In this document: in pieces, positions 1 to 12,202 of the stretch
Position numbering within the stretch: position 1 is the stretch's first letter
Layout: each line of letters opens with the position of its first letter
Origin: Utricularia gibba
Taxonomy: Eukaryota; Plantae; Magnoliophyta
Assembly: GCA_002189035.1 (NCBI GenBank)
Contig: NEEC01000023.1
Span: 682,001-746,000 of the forward strand
DNA length: 64,000 nucleotides
Reading direction: 5' to 3'
The notes under the pieces: generated by a model
Databases searched by the model: none
The model's input: the letters and a program-made list of their open reading frames with translations, nothing else
Told to the model about the DNA's origin: nothing
Position numbers and translations under genes: made by a program

Positions 1-44
1 TATTGTTTTTTTATTGCTTTATTTTATTTTATTTTCTGTTGCAG

Positions 45-101
45 GAAAATTATGCTGATGGAGCAGGGACTTTTTTGTGGTCCAAAAAGAGTTGTTTTTG
101 A
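45..101 (+). CDS. Possible terminal exon of a gene starting left of the window (ENYADGAGTFLWSKKSCF*)
   Basis: A T-rich tract and TGCAG acceptor (AG at 43-44) precede an 18-codon open frame ending in TGA at 99-101. Product not recognised. Confidence 0.3.
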   Translation, partial: ENYADGAGTFLWSKKSCF

Positions 102-2696
102 GGTACTCAGACATTACCATTTCCTGCTCTTATCCCCATGGACTGCACTCCAAGTCACATTATAATCTTACTTCATTCTTTCTATGAATCCAATCCAATG
201 GTTCCCAATCACATTGCTTGATTAATGTTTGAAAATCACTTTAATTCTATCATAAATTTAGTAAAATTTAAGAGTTACTTATGTGATTCTGATATATAAA
301 TTTACAATTTATATCTATATTTATTAAAATATGAGTATAGTTAAACGTGTCATCTACTTTAAACTCATTTTTATACATAAATATTTGAATTCAAATCTTA
401 TCGAATCATAATTTTGAAGTCATTTAGAATCACTCATGAAGTTATTTTAAGGCGGTTCCTTTCTATTAGGCATAGAATTGGTTTCATCTTCCCAGGCGAA
501 AATTGTGCCCTAACCCTAAGAGCAGCCCTAATTGCTGCTGATTGATGACGTAAGCAGCACCGGTAACAACTGACAAGTGAAAGGAAAAGAAAAACGCAGG
601 GGAGTAAAGAGCGAAGGGGGCGCGTCGTGTACCATGCACGCTCGGGGGGACGCAGGAGCGTGTCCAGTCCACCTTGTGTGAAAACGAAACAAGAAGGGGA
701 ACAATGTTGTGAGGAAAATGACCCTGCCACCCACTCCTCTTCTCTTACTCATCCATCACCCCTCCATTCCAATAGCGACTCTGTTTACCCCTCTACGAAA
801 TCACCAACAGGGACTGTGAATGCCATCCTGTTGATCTGATTTTTACATTTTTCACACCCTCTCTCCCTGGGATGATGCTGCTGTTTGTGTCAAGATGATT
901 ACTGTCATTTTCGATGTGGGATTAGTTTTTGAAGTTTTGATCATGTCAGTTGTTGAAAAAATGTCTCCTGATGATCAGCATTTACATATTCCTCAAGATC
1001 ATCCCAGATTTGTGTGCTTTTGGCTTTACATTCCGTAGGACAGCATTTTATTTTCCTTGTGGAGTGCTGTGTAATCCAATTCCCAGTTTTTCCTTTTCTT
1101 TTGTCATCCAAAAAAATAAAAAAGGAAAAGGCGTGAGTTCGTTTGGTGTTATTTTTTGTTTGCTTCTTGGGAAAAATAATGAATGATGGAATAATTCAGG
1201 TAGAAAATTGAAAGTGGGTTTCATGGTGTTGGTCCCCTACTGCCAGCATCTGATGATCTCGACGTATCAGGCTGTTAATGGCGGAAAAGAAAGAAAATGG
1301 TGATGGCAGTGGTTTCATCAGATCCCCGGGTCTCTCCGCTCGGAACCGAGTGAGTTTGATGATCATGGTGTTGACAGGGACATTGCCCCTGAATCTACCG
1401 CAAAACTACTACAACCCACGAAATATCGGTCAAAGTAGAGAGTACCCATGACTGTCACGCCACACATTTACTCTACTCCTCATCATGAAGCCCACTGTGC
1501 ACAGAATAATGCAGGTTTTTGCGACGGTTAGCCCTTTAGAGCAACTTGGAAGTGTGCTTCAGAGCAAAGCCAAGTGATGTCTGAACTTGCTCTGATATCG
1601 CACAAAAGGAAGGTCTCAACGAGCTCATTCATATGTTTGGAAGGCTTGTAGTACGATTGGTTCATGATGCAAAAAACCGAGTAGGGTAGATGTCCATTAA
1701 AACAACCAGAGTGGAGTGCACATACGTTTCTGCTTTTTTTTTCCGCGAAGGAGAGAATGAATCTTCAACCCCAACTCACAAAAAACCCTAATTTCAGTCT
1801 ATGGCATTTCACGGGTGTTGCATCAGAGTCAGAAAAAAGCCACACGCTATCCTACAGTTTTGTGTTGGAATCCAGTGTGTTAGAAAGCTGTTCCATTGCT
1901 TTTCACATCGTGACGTGTCGCATTAGCGGCAGGAGGTACAGAGAAGAAGCTTACAATTGCTTGGAAATGGAGAGGAAGGGGACAAAGTACAAGATTAGAT
2001 GTCTTAAGGGAACCCGTATGCTCCAATAGATATATTAATAAACGAAAAGGGTTTCAGACTTTCAGCAGCAGGTTTGACTACTAAGCTTAGTCACTTTTGC
2101 CTTGGAGAATACCACCAAAATACTACAGAATCCAGGCTTGGCAACCGGACAACACAGTAAGATGTAATAAGTACTTAAAGTAGTGTGGCATTAGGTTTGT
2201 GGAGCCAGGATTTTTAGGACCACTTCACATAGAAACTAATGCAGGTGCCCATCCCATGTTCCTGCAAATGAGAGGAGAGGGTTGGTTTGGTCTTACGTAG
2301 AGCAATGCCATCCTACTCCTGTGACATCAGGTTTCAGGGACTAAGTATTCACCTTTTACTTTTGAATGCCATTTTGTAAGAGGTTAAGAGAGTAGAAGAA
2401 TTGTGGATGAGCATGTAAGAAAGGGTCATTTTTGTTGGCTGATTTATCCTGTGGGGTGTTGATTTTTGAATGTTGATCCATGGATCTATCTCTCAAACAC
2501 TCCATTTCTAGGTCCCACAGCACAACTCATACCAACGACAGATCTCTTCCTCATACATACTTTCATATTCCGATATCTCCCTTCTCCTTTTCCACTTCCA
2601 AACTGCAGCTTCCCTCTTCCCCACTCTCTTTCAGAATGAACAGAAACCCATTAAACTAAAACCAACCCCCGCTTCTTCTACTCTCTTCCATCATCC

Positions 2697-3392
2697 ATGG
2701 AGAAAAAAGACAGAGAAACCCATGACTTCATGACTGTGAGCTCTTTCTCTCAACTACCCTTCATCCGGCCCTCCGCCGCGAAAGAAAAAAGCGGCGCCGG
2801 AGGTATCCGTCTCTTCGGGAAGGAATTCGGGGCCGTCGCTTCCAATGATCTATCAGATCAGTCCACTGAAAACAGCAGCAATGTTCAAGATGGCGAAGGG
2901 AGTAACAACTCTAAAACAGCTGTGAATGGAGAGAACAGCAGCAGGAAATTTGAGTGCCACTATTGCTGTAGAAACTTCCCTACTTCTCAAGCTCTTGGAG
3001 GCCATCAAAATGCGCACAAACGGGAGCGTCAGCACGCCAAACGCGCGCACCTTCAATCGGCCATGATGTCCGAAGCTGGGGGCTTTTGCAGCGTGATGAA
3101 CAACTACGGAAGAATAGGAACAACCCCAGGCTTCCCCATGCCGTATCATCATCCATGGAACAGCACCGCCACGGCTTATGGCTCCAATGCTTGGTTCTAC
3201 AACCCCCACAGCCAGAGACAGCCAATAAACGGCAGCCCATTAGCCATGTGGCGAATCCCAGCTTCTCAGAATTCAGTTACCACAGCAAGAGATGATCAAT
3301 TCAAATCAGCAATGGGAGGTCCCCAGATCCAGTTCGGGTACAAACCCAAGGTTACCAATCAAGATCACTTGAGCTTGGATCTGCATCTTTGA
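2697..3392 (+). CDS. ZFP8: Single C2H2 zinc-finger transcription factor, GIS/ZFP8 subgroup, intronless, with C-terminal EAR motif
   Basis: FECHYCCRNFPTSQALGGHQNAHKRER finger, N-terminal FSQLPFIRP and IRLFGKEF motifs, C-terminal LSLDLHL EAR motif. Confidence 0.9.
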   Translation: MEKKDRETHDFMTVSSFSQLPFIRPSAAKEKSGAGGIRLFGKEFGAVASNDLSDQSTENSSNVQDGEGSNNSKTAVNGENSSRKFECHYCCRNFPTSQALGGHQNAHKRERQHAKRAHLQSAMMSEAGGFCSVMNNYGRIGTTPGFPMPYHHPWNSTATAYGSNAWFYNPHSQRQPINGSPLAMWRIPASQNSVTTARDDQFKSAMGGPQIQFGYKPKVTNQDHLSLDLHL

Positions 3393-3824
3393 ATGATGAA
3401 TACGGTATCAATGAATCCGACGTATGAGCCTGTGGTGCGGGTTTTGTTCAGGCCACTTGCTACTGTTACTTTTCTTTCGATCGCGTTGTTGCGTCTCAGC
3501 TCAGGGGCCGCCACCCCTAAGGTGTTCTATGGATAAGTCCAAAGAAATAAGCTTGTGTCTGAATGCACTGTGTGTGGTCTGTATTTGTATCGTAATCAGA
3601 TTAACAAGATAGTTTTACGTTGTAACACCATGCTATATTTATATCAGTGGATGCAAATTGATGTTGAACAGCATAATTTGCATTTATTGAACATGATTGA
3701 GGGAGGCTCAAGGAGACAAAATTTTGATTGCAACCGTTTTCAAACTTAAATGAAGAAAAGACAAAATTTGTGTTTCTAAAAGCTTGTTTGAGGAATACAA
3801 TACATATAATGCAGATTCGGGTAA

Positions 3825-5195
3825 TCACCGTTTTCTGCGTTGGCGCCATTTGTATACTGGTCCTGTGGTTGGGTTCACAATTTCATCTGGACGAAGCTTT
3901 CTTTTCTTTCCCTTCTTCTGTTGCATTCAAGTGATAATAAGCAAGAGGGGTGGTGATGAAGGGAAATGTGAACCTTACCTGAAGTTCCCTCTGCAAGTGC
4001 ATGTCCGAGTATATTTTCTCGAGCTCTTTCACCCGCTGTTTTCTAGCTTCCAACTCGCGATATGAAGAAGCCATAGCCCTGAAATTCGTGCGTTCATGGA
4101 GGTGGATACAGTGAGGAGCAAAAAATGGAACACACTACCGCAGTAGGGGTACAGCCTAATTTTATCAAACCTTTTTACACCTTCGGATAGATTATCACTG
4201 GTTTGGTTTTCTTCACTCTGAGAAACCTTGGCTCGCAGTTCTCTGGCTTCATCCCTGGAAACAAAAACATTCACAAACCATGTGCTTGGTATAGATTCAC
4301 TGGAGTGTCGGAAAGATGACTAAATGGGCAACCACTTGCATTTCCCATCCGCAGATTATTATTTGCTAGACATTACATGTTCCTTACCACAGTGCTGATA
4401 TATGTTTACAATCCATAGTATTAAAGATGAAAGCTAAAATAATCACCTGTCCTCCGCAAAGTAAACATGCTTGTTGGGCAGCTTGTTGCCAGTACAATGA
4501 AGAACTGAGCTCAGTGATTCGATTTTCTGTAAGATTAGAGAGCAACTGATCGTCTCATGGTGACAACATCTAAAGGAATATCGAACCTGAAACTAATCAG
4601 TTGAAACCTTTTTCTCTGATTGAAGCTTTAGCATGATGTAACTGCTATCTTGAGTCTTCATCAATGCAAGCTCCTCGCTGGTGTACTTGTTTGGTTCACC
4701 CCTTCACATCGCAGAATCTGTAAATATAACGAAGAAGCAACCTTTGAAATTAAAACGTGCACCTTACTTCGGTTTATGCACACCATCAACAGTCCTTGCG
4801 TTAATCATCTTGAAATAAAACTCATCCGGGTTTCTGGATAAAGCCTTTTCCTTGAGTTTCTGTAAGTAATATCATACAAAGCACAGAATATCATACAAGC
4901 CCTCAGATGTTCAATATTCAGTCATGCAACATTCTACAAAGTACAGCAAGAAAAAACCTGCAAAGCCTGTTCTTTCTTGTGATAGGCCTTTGCTCGCTCG
5001 ACATAATCCTTGTGCTTCTCGAGCAGGCCAAACTTCCTCCTTGAAGCACTAAAATGAACAAGGAAAGTTAAAGCTGACGACAAAGCGTGCACCTACAGTG
5101 TTCACAGACTAAACAAAACTCTAAACAGCAAGTACTCACGGTTGTGCACGCTCCTTGTGAGCTTTCCTAGGAACAGCATTCCTCAAAGATGACAT
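3825..5195 (-). CDS. UTP11: U3 snoRNA-associated protein 11 (SSU processome), 7 exons
   Basis: Spliced translation [34 protein letters not shown]...RNPDEFYFKMIN...KGKKRKLRPDEIVNPTTGPVYKWRQRRKR*. GT-AG junctions are in frame. Confidence 0.95.
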
Positions 5196-5854
5196 TGTCA
5201 AGAAAATGATGCGCCTCCTGGAAGGCACCACCAAAAATATAAGAAAAACCAGAAAACAAGCAAGCATGAACTTTCTGCCTTCGTAAAATTCTGACAAATT
5301 TTGCAAGCCGAAAAAATGGTTCTGAACCAAAAACATGCACAATACTCATTCGAAGCGCGATAGCATAAGATCGAAAATTCAAATGAAAGAAGCCAAACCC
5401 GAGAGGAGTATCGTAGAAAAACTGTAAAGACTCAAAGCGTCAGCCCTTCAACGAGAAGATCAACCGCAATTCCGAGGATCACCTCCGGTCGTCGGTAGGG
5501 TTTATGAAATTTTAGGCATTCTGTTTGTTGGGCTTTCGACGGAAGGTTATTAGGCCTGGACCGCCGATTAAGTTCGTCCGCCCCATTTGACGTCATAATG
5601 ACAAGTATCGTATAAGAGGTGTTTATCATATATTTTGTGTGTTAATAATAAAAGTAATTAATAATAATGCGCGGAAAATAAACTGAAGCTCCAGCAGGTG
5701 CGTGATGCTTCTAGATCCTTCGGAACCCACAAGATAATCGCTCATACGCCGCCGACTCTCTACCGTTGTTCTTCTGCAGAAAGACATTGGGGGAATCGTT
5801 TGCTGATTTGCCTGAGACTCTTCATCCTCATCCCTTGACGGGGTCGTGTTAAAC

Positions 5855-7517
5855 ATGGCGAAGATGGGCGAGGGAGACAAGCGATGGATCGTGGAGGACC
5901 GGCCCGACGGCACAAATGTCCACAATTGGCACTGGGCGGAGACTGATTGCCTAGATTGGTCGCGGAAGTTCCTGAGCAATCTTCTTGCCGGAAAGCCCAT
6001 TCTCTCCGGGGAGGGTAATCTCTACATTAAGATTAAGAATGTGGAAAAGTTGGAGGGTGAGGCGTATGTCAATGTTCGTAAAGGAAAGATAATTCCTGGG
6101 TATGAGTTGAATTTGGCTTTATCGTACGAGGCGAAGGCGACGGATTCCGACGGTGGTGCAGTGTTATTGGTAACTGAGGGCTCGGTTGAAGTGCCGTATA
6201 TTTCCGATGAGAATGCAGGTGAGGATCCTGAAATTAGAATTACTATAAAAGATGATGGGCCAGTTGGGAGGAGGTTGAAGGAGGCGTTTGTTGTTAAAGG
6301 GAAGCCATTTGTGTTTGAGAAAATTAGGGAGTATGTAACTGCTATTGCGGAAGGAGGTCCTGCGAAGGACGATTTGCAAGTGAAGAAGGTAGTACCAGAG
6401 AAGAAATCAGCCTCTGGAACTGATGCTTCAACTAACAATCCGGGCTCGAAGGAGGTGAAGAAGAAGGAAGAGAAGAAAAAAGAGGGATTTAAGAGTATAA
6501 CAATGAGTGAAAAGTTCAGTTGCCGAGCGAGTGATCTGTACGATATTCTCCTGGATGAGAACAGGTGGAAGGGGTTTACCCAGAGCAATGCGAAGATCAG
6601 TAAAGAGGTTGGAGGAGAATTTACCATTTTCGATGGATCTGTGACAGGGAAAAATTTGGAGCTGGAAGCAGGAAAGTTGATTGTTCAGGAGTGGAGATTT
6701 GGGAGTTGGCCTGATGGCATTATTTCAAAGGTATAGCATTCACTAACTGCTTTTTCGCCATGACTGTGCATCACATTGACCTCCCCTCCATGTGCTGATA
6801 TTCAGTTGAATAATTGTTTCTTGATGTTTTTTGTGCCTTGCTCAAATGATCGGGGAAGTCTGGATTCGTATTCAGATTTCCTTTACCTAGCTGATAAATG
6901 AAGAAGCTCTATAAACTCTTGGGAATGTGATGTGACCCTCATTGCTATAAAAACAATCCTCTGTGCCAAGGATGAACTCAGTTATTGGTTCTGCGTAGTT
7001 TCTCAATATGGTTCTCTAGTTTATTTGTTTCGCTCATAGTTTCATTGAATTCAATGTAATCGTGTCTACTTGCAAACACCACCACCGAGATCTCGTATCT
7101 TTTCATAGATTTTTCACATCCACTGCTGTGTTATAGCCATGGTAGTGAGCTTGCATAGTTTCTGGTCCTTAAAAGCTCAACACCTTTCCCAGTTATCTTG
7201 TTGGTTGATGAGCACGAATGTTCATATTCGTAACTGTGAATGATCATTGATCCTACAGGTCCGGATTACTTTCGAGGAGCCTGAATCTGGAATCACACGC
7301 ATCAAGCTCACTCATACAGACATTCCCGAGGAAGACAGGTTAGTAGAATAACTTGTTGCCCATCGATTCATTGGTTTTTGGATGAGGGAGCAACGTAAGA
7401 GACGCTAACATGAAATGATCCCAGGTATGGTAATGCTTCGGTTGTTGAGAACACTGAAAGGGATGGAGAGACCATATCTTTCACAGGATCCGGGCTGTTT
7501 TCGGGTTTGGTCTTTGA
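5855..7517 (+). CDS. AHA1: Activator of Hsp90 ATPase (AHA1), 3 exons (5855-6730, ~7259-7338, ~7425-7517); 1-bp shortfall in G-run 7460-7462
   Basis: MAKMGEGDKRWIVEDRPDGTNVHNWHW N-terminus and a START-like C-domain (WRFGSWPDG). The last exon reads TERGWRDHIFHRIRAVFGFGL* if one G is restored. Confidence 0.93.
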
Positions 7518-7844
7518 AGTTGCTAGTGGGAGACGCATTGTGGGATGCTGCGTGTACGAGTTTTTTGGGGCTGGCTTATCACATCTCTGAAATCTGTTCG
7601 CTTAAACGCGTGATTGGTTAGTTGTAGTTCTTGTGCTGCTATTAGACCTTGGATTGGCACTCAGCCCCTCAAGGGACAATATTCAAAAGGCTTTGTTTCG
7701 AGGTAAAAATAAAATAAAAGGAATATAACCAATCGGTCCCTCACGTTTCACGAAATTGCTAATTATACACCTCAATTTATTGGGTATTACCTTTTTGGGC
7801 ACCCAATGTTCCATAAATACCCCAATTTGCACAGAATCGTCCCC

Positions 7845-9400
7845 GCCAAACGGAGTTTTGAATTTTCTTATCATTTCTCTCCGAGTCTCGGAAATCACGA
7901 TTATCCTCTTTCTGAATCGAAGAGGTTTTGGAGATCTGATAGTTTATCGGAAGCGGTACTGTGATCGGATCTATTAGTGGTTTCGTGCTGCTTTCCAATG
8001 GTGAGATCCAAGCCTCCTAATGATCAGACCGGATCGATGAAGGTTTGTTTAACGCTGTGGCGTTTTTTTGACTAGTATTCATCATGCACATGGTCTGAGA
8101 GATACTCGAAGCCTACTCATCACATTCATGCATTTGGTTGCGACGATTTGATCGTTGTTCATGCATTCAAATTCGAATGTGTCTCACGATTTCCTGAAAT
8201 GTTGCGGTTGTTACAAGTTTTTCTTTCTTCTATCAATTCCGATCCTTCGGATCTCTACTAGTTATTTTTTTACCTAATGAGCGATTGCTGTAGAATAATC
8301 AAGATTTTCGGTTCTAATCTCTGTATTGAGGATCTTTTTTATCATTATTCGCGCTTTCTAAATTGCTGCAAGGCGTAGTTTCTTACTATCGTTCCAATTT
8401 ACAGTTCCTAAAATCGACGTTTCTGGAGCTGTACCATACGTGTTTGATGTCTAGAATCCTAAAACAAACCGGGTGAAGTAACTCAGAGGATCGTGCTTTT
8501 TGAGGTCTGAAGTTTTATAAGGTACTGAAGCTTAGTTATCATGTCAATACTTTTATATGGATGGAACTGGAGCTTATTCTTCACATCGACGCATTTTATT
8601 GAACGGAATCTTGACATGAAGACCACGGATTTTGATCTTTGTTCTCTTTTTAATTTACGATTCGTTCCATGAACTAAGGATTTTTATCATCATTATTGTT
8701 TTTCAGTTTGTTATACAAAGGCTGAACTCCTCTTTTGAATGTTTGCATTTTTAGGTCCCTGAACTGAAGAATTCTACCACGTTAGTAGGGAAATGACCTG
8801 GTGCCTGGATTCATTCGATCTAACCGAACAACGACGCAAGGCTCGACAACACAGATCTCTGTTAACCTACTGCCTGTGGTAAGAGTCCTTCAAAATATAA
8901 ATGCGCTCTACTGCATTGATAATGCCCTCCGGGATTAATCTACACTGATTCACACACAGTTTCAGCTGAAATGTTTCCCTGAAGACTAACCTTTCGTAGA
9001 TACATGGCACGCGACACACATTTATGAGTATCCTTTTTGAGATATCCTTCGCTGATTGCCCTCGAGTGAGACTATTGACTTCACTGTAAATGCTAGCAGT
9101 AGAAGCATGGCTAAACCTATGTTGCACGGGTACCTTACCTAAACCGGCTCCCCCCACCGGCAGGTCGGTCTTTAACCGGTTTGCCCTTCCACGTGATGAT
9201 TCCATCACCCGTCTTCAATCGCAGGTTAGTAATGAATCATCATACATTAAGAAGAGTAGGATGAAAAAAACTCAGGTCCGGTTTCTCATCCAGAAATTCA
9301 TATTTATATTTTCGCACCTTCACAGTTTACACTTGAACCTAAATATGATACATAGCTCAAGAAAAAGGATATAATGTTATGAGTATGCGTTGATTAGATT
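7845..9400 (+). ncRNA. Candidate spliced transcript with only short ORFs (lncRNA or small-peptide gene)
   Basis: CATAAATA TATA-like box at ~7811, pyrimidine-rich leader, donor ATG|GTGAG at 8001 and acceptor TTTTAG at 8754. No recognisable protein downstream. Confidence 0.4.
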
Positions 9401-10259
9401 TAAAGTCACCACTTGGTTTTAAATTCGTCAGTCAGAACAAGGAAGTTTTCGAATAGGATGCTCTTTAAGAAATGGTTTAGGTAGTAAATTACCGACGAGT
9501 GCTGGTTTATGTCTTAAATCATTGTTAGGGAAACTGAAAAAGTGCTATCTTCACACTTGTATGCTTTTCGCTCAGATGTATAAGTAAATTATCTGCATTT
9601 TTTTTGTTTTACTTTTTGAAAAATATTTATTTATAATTTCTTAACAAGTAATCTTTGATTCATGTTATTTTAGCTTGTATTTTCTAGGATTATTTATACC
9701 TTTAAATATATGTATACATTGAGAATCATATTTTCTTATATATATTGTTTAGCATGTACGATATGTAAGATGGCTACCGAAAAATTTATGCTTGAGTTTC
9801 AATCAAATTATAAATTTTAGATAAATTATAAATTATAAAAAAATATTTATTTATAAATATAATGATATATTTATTTATAAAAAAATAAATATGTATTTCA
9901 ATCAAATTAAATTTCTTATTCAATTTTAGATAAATTATAAAAAAATATTTATTTATAATGATATATCTGGTAAATCAAGCGATGAATATGTAATTTTATG
10001 AGAAATATGCATTTGGTATACGTGTTTAAAAATGAAAATTTATAAATAAATTACTAAACAAAAATATTATTTGAGTTTATAGAAATTAATCTATTTTTAC
10101 CAAACATGGTTTAAAGAATAAATCTCCTTTTTCACCTACATATATTTTAAATAATTTAATATATGTATATGTTACACAATGTATATTTAATTTATTATAT
10201 GATATATGTTTATTTACATATGCATAGATAATCTATTTTAATAGACATAATTATAACCA

Positions 10260-11840
10260 GATTTTAAATTTTTAAACGATTCGCGAAAAGCCCACAACAA
10301 ACCCATAGAGCGCATGCATGTAGCCCATGTAAAAGATGAAATTGGATGCCATATTTCAAACGGCACAATGACATCCCCATGAGGAATCACATGTGAAAAT
10401 AGAGCCTTAGTAAACTCATGTTAACATGTCACCCCATAAAGAATCATATCTGGGCTTTCCATAAAATATAAAAGCCTCGCAATGACATATTTAAGCTCAT
10501 GATAATCATAAATGGGCACAGTTGGCCGACAACAAACCCATTGTTATTGCCCCAATAAGAAATTAACAGAGTTCACAAAAAACATATGAAATCTATTACC
10601 TCGGCCGGATGTTAGGCGGAGAACCGGAGTTTCTGTTCAGGCGCGCAGTTGATAAGGATGACCATAAAAAAAAAAAAAAAAAAGCTATCGGAACGTTGTA
10701 GCCGAACTAACAAAGCCCATTATTAACTTTGCTCAACTCCGACGTAGCACTTTTTTTTTTTTTTTTAAGAAGTGGCATTGGGCTCAAGTCCGACGTACCG
10801 CATTCCCTCTTTATCTTTCCACTACAAAACGTTACGCGGAAAGCAAAAGCGAGATACTGGTCGCTAAAGAGTCGCCACACAAGGATGAAATTACTAGAAA
10901 CAACCTAAATGACTTCGTAGAACAATTCATAATCACTAACCTGAGGGCAGATAACACATGATCAGCAAACTACATACTGAATTCATCATATAAACGCATG
11001 AACTATCTTTCGAAAATTCATAGTCACAAACCTAAATGCAGGTAGCATCTTGAACAAACTAGACCAAGAGAGTAGAGACTGCGGTCTGAATTGATCATGA
11101 AAACACAAGGACGCTGTTTTCAACCGAAATTCACCATTACAAAACTAAATCCACAGATCGCACCAAGGAAGAGGAACAGACCAGATCCATATACTAGTAT
11201 TTGAATCGATATCTAAAGCTCATGGAAGCGTTCGAATTAAGAAAAACGAAAACTATAATCTAGATTGCACAGACTGCATGACGAGAAGCGGATGCCGATA
11301 TAACTGGCGAATTTAATAACTCTCTAAAACATCCGTAAACCGGATACATATACCATACTATTGATCATCGGAAATCAAGGACGCGCTCCTTAAAAAAACG
11401 AAAGGCAGAATCCCAACCCTAAATCGCACAGATCGTACATACGGAAAACCAAATATCGACCGGAACAATTTAACTCATGTAACTGTTTCAAAACAAGATG
11501 CACCGATTGCATCTATACAAGGGAAACAGCGAAATGCATGCTAGTTCTGTACGACAGAATCACCAAAATCAGATCCAGAGACGACGACATTAATTTAAAA
11601 TCACTGATATTTCATAAAAAAAACTAATATACATACCGATTGACAAGGATCGGATGTGCAAATCTAGAGAAGAACGGAACCTAAGGAAGAGATGTAGTCA
11701 TGTAACTCCTAAAACATGCGCAGATCTGTTCGATTATAAGACGATTTCGCATGCTCACCGCGATCCAGAGATATTCTCCGCCCTGCACATCGATCGTATC
11801 GGAAGCATGGAGAAGAAGCTAAGAAGTTGCGAGGGAATGG
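10260..11840 (-). ncRNA. Candidate spliced transcript (lncRNA or 52-aa peptide gene), convergent with the 7845-9400 unit
   Basis: TATAAATA at 11871-11864, CT-rich exon 1, donor CG|GTGAGC at 11758, CTGAT branch-like site and CCCTCAG acceptor at 10941. Confidence 0.45.
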
Positions 11841-11863
11841 AATTTTTTTGAGTGAGGCGGTGG

Positions 11864-11871
11864 TATTTATA
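11864..11871 (-). promoter_or_regulatory. TATA box (TATAAATA) of the minus-strand spliced unit
   Basis: Exact consensus followed by a pyrimidine-rich leader and a GTGAG donor. Confidence 0.55.
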
Positions 11872-12202
11872 CGCACTTCCTCGCATATTCAGTCAACCTT
11901 TAAAAAATATTTAATTATGAATAATATTTGTTTACCATATTCTCTGATTTCGCATTTTTGTTTACACGTGTGTAAATGAATGATTCTATTTTTCCTATTT
12001 TATAATTTTTATATAAATTTTTTAAAGGTAATATTATTCTAAAATACATATATAAAATGATGCATCAAACATATTTTTAATTTTAATCATATATTTATTT
12101 AAATATAAATAGATTAAATAAAAGTTGAATTATATCATTACACAACTCTTTGTAGCGCGATTTTCTTCTGAGGCTTCATTTGCGACAGCTGAGTTTCCCG
12201 CC

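Noticed and set aside
1200-2400. Possible degraded gene upstream of the zinc-finger gene
   Set aside because: All frames are interrupted and I recognise no family motif; treated as promoter or intergenic sequence.
8020-8120. C/D snoRNA-like boxes (GTGATGA...CTGA with ATGA/TCAT stem) on the minus strand, with a 10-nt complement to 5.8S rRNA (ATCGATGAAG)
   Set aside because: It is antisense to the host intron, and the complementary stretch does not cover the +5 position from box D, so the guide rule fails.
9560-10260. Very AT-rich tract with a ~45-bp local duplication as a MITE or Helitron
   Set aside because: No terminal inverted repeats, target-site duplication or Helitron 3' hairpin/CTAG could be identified.
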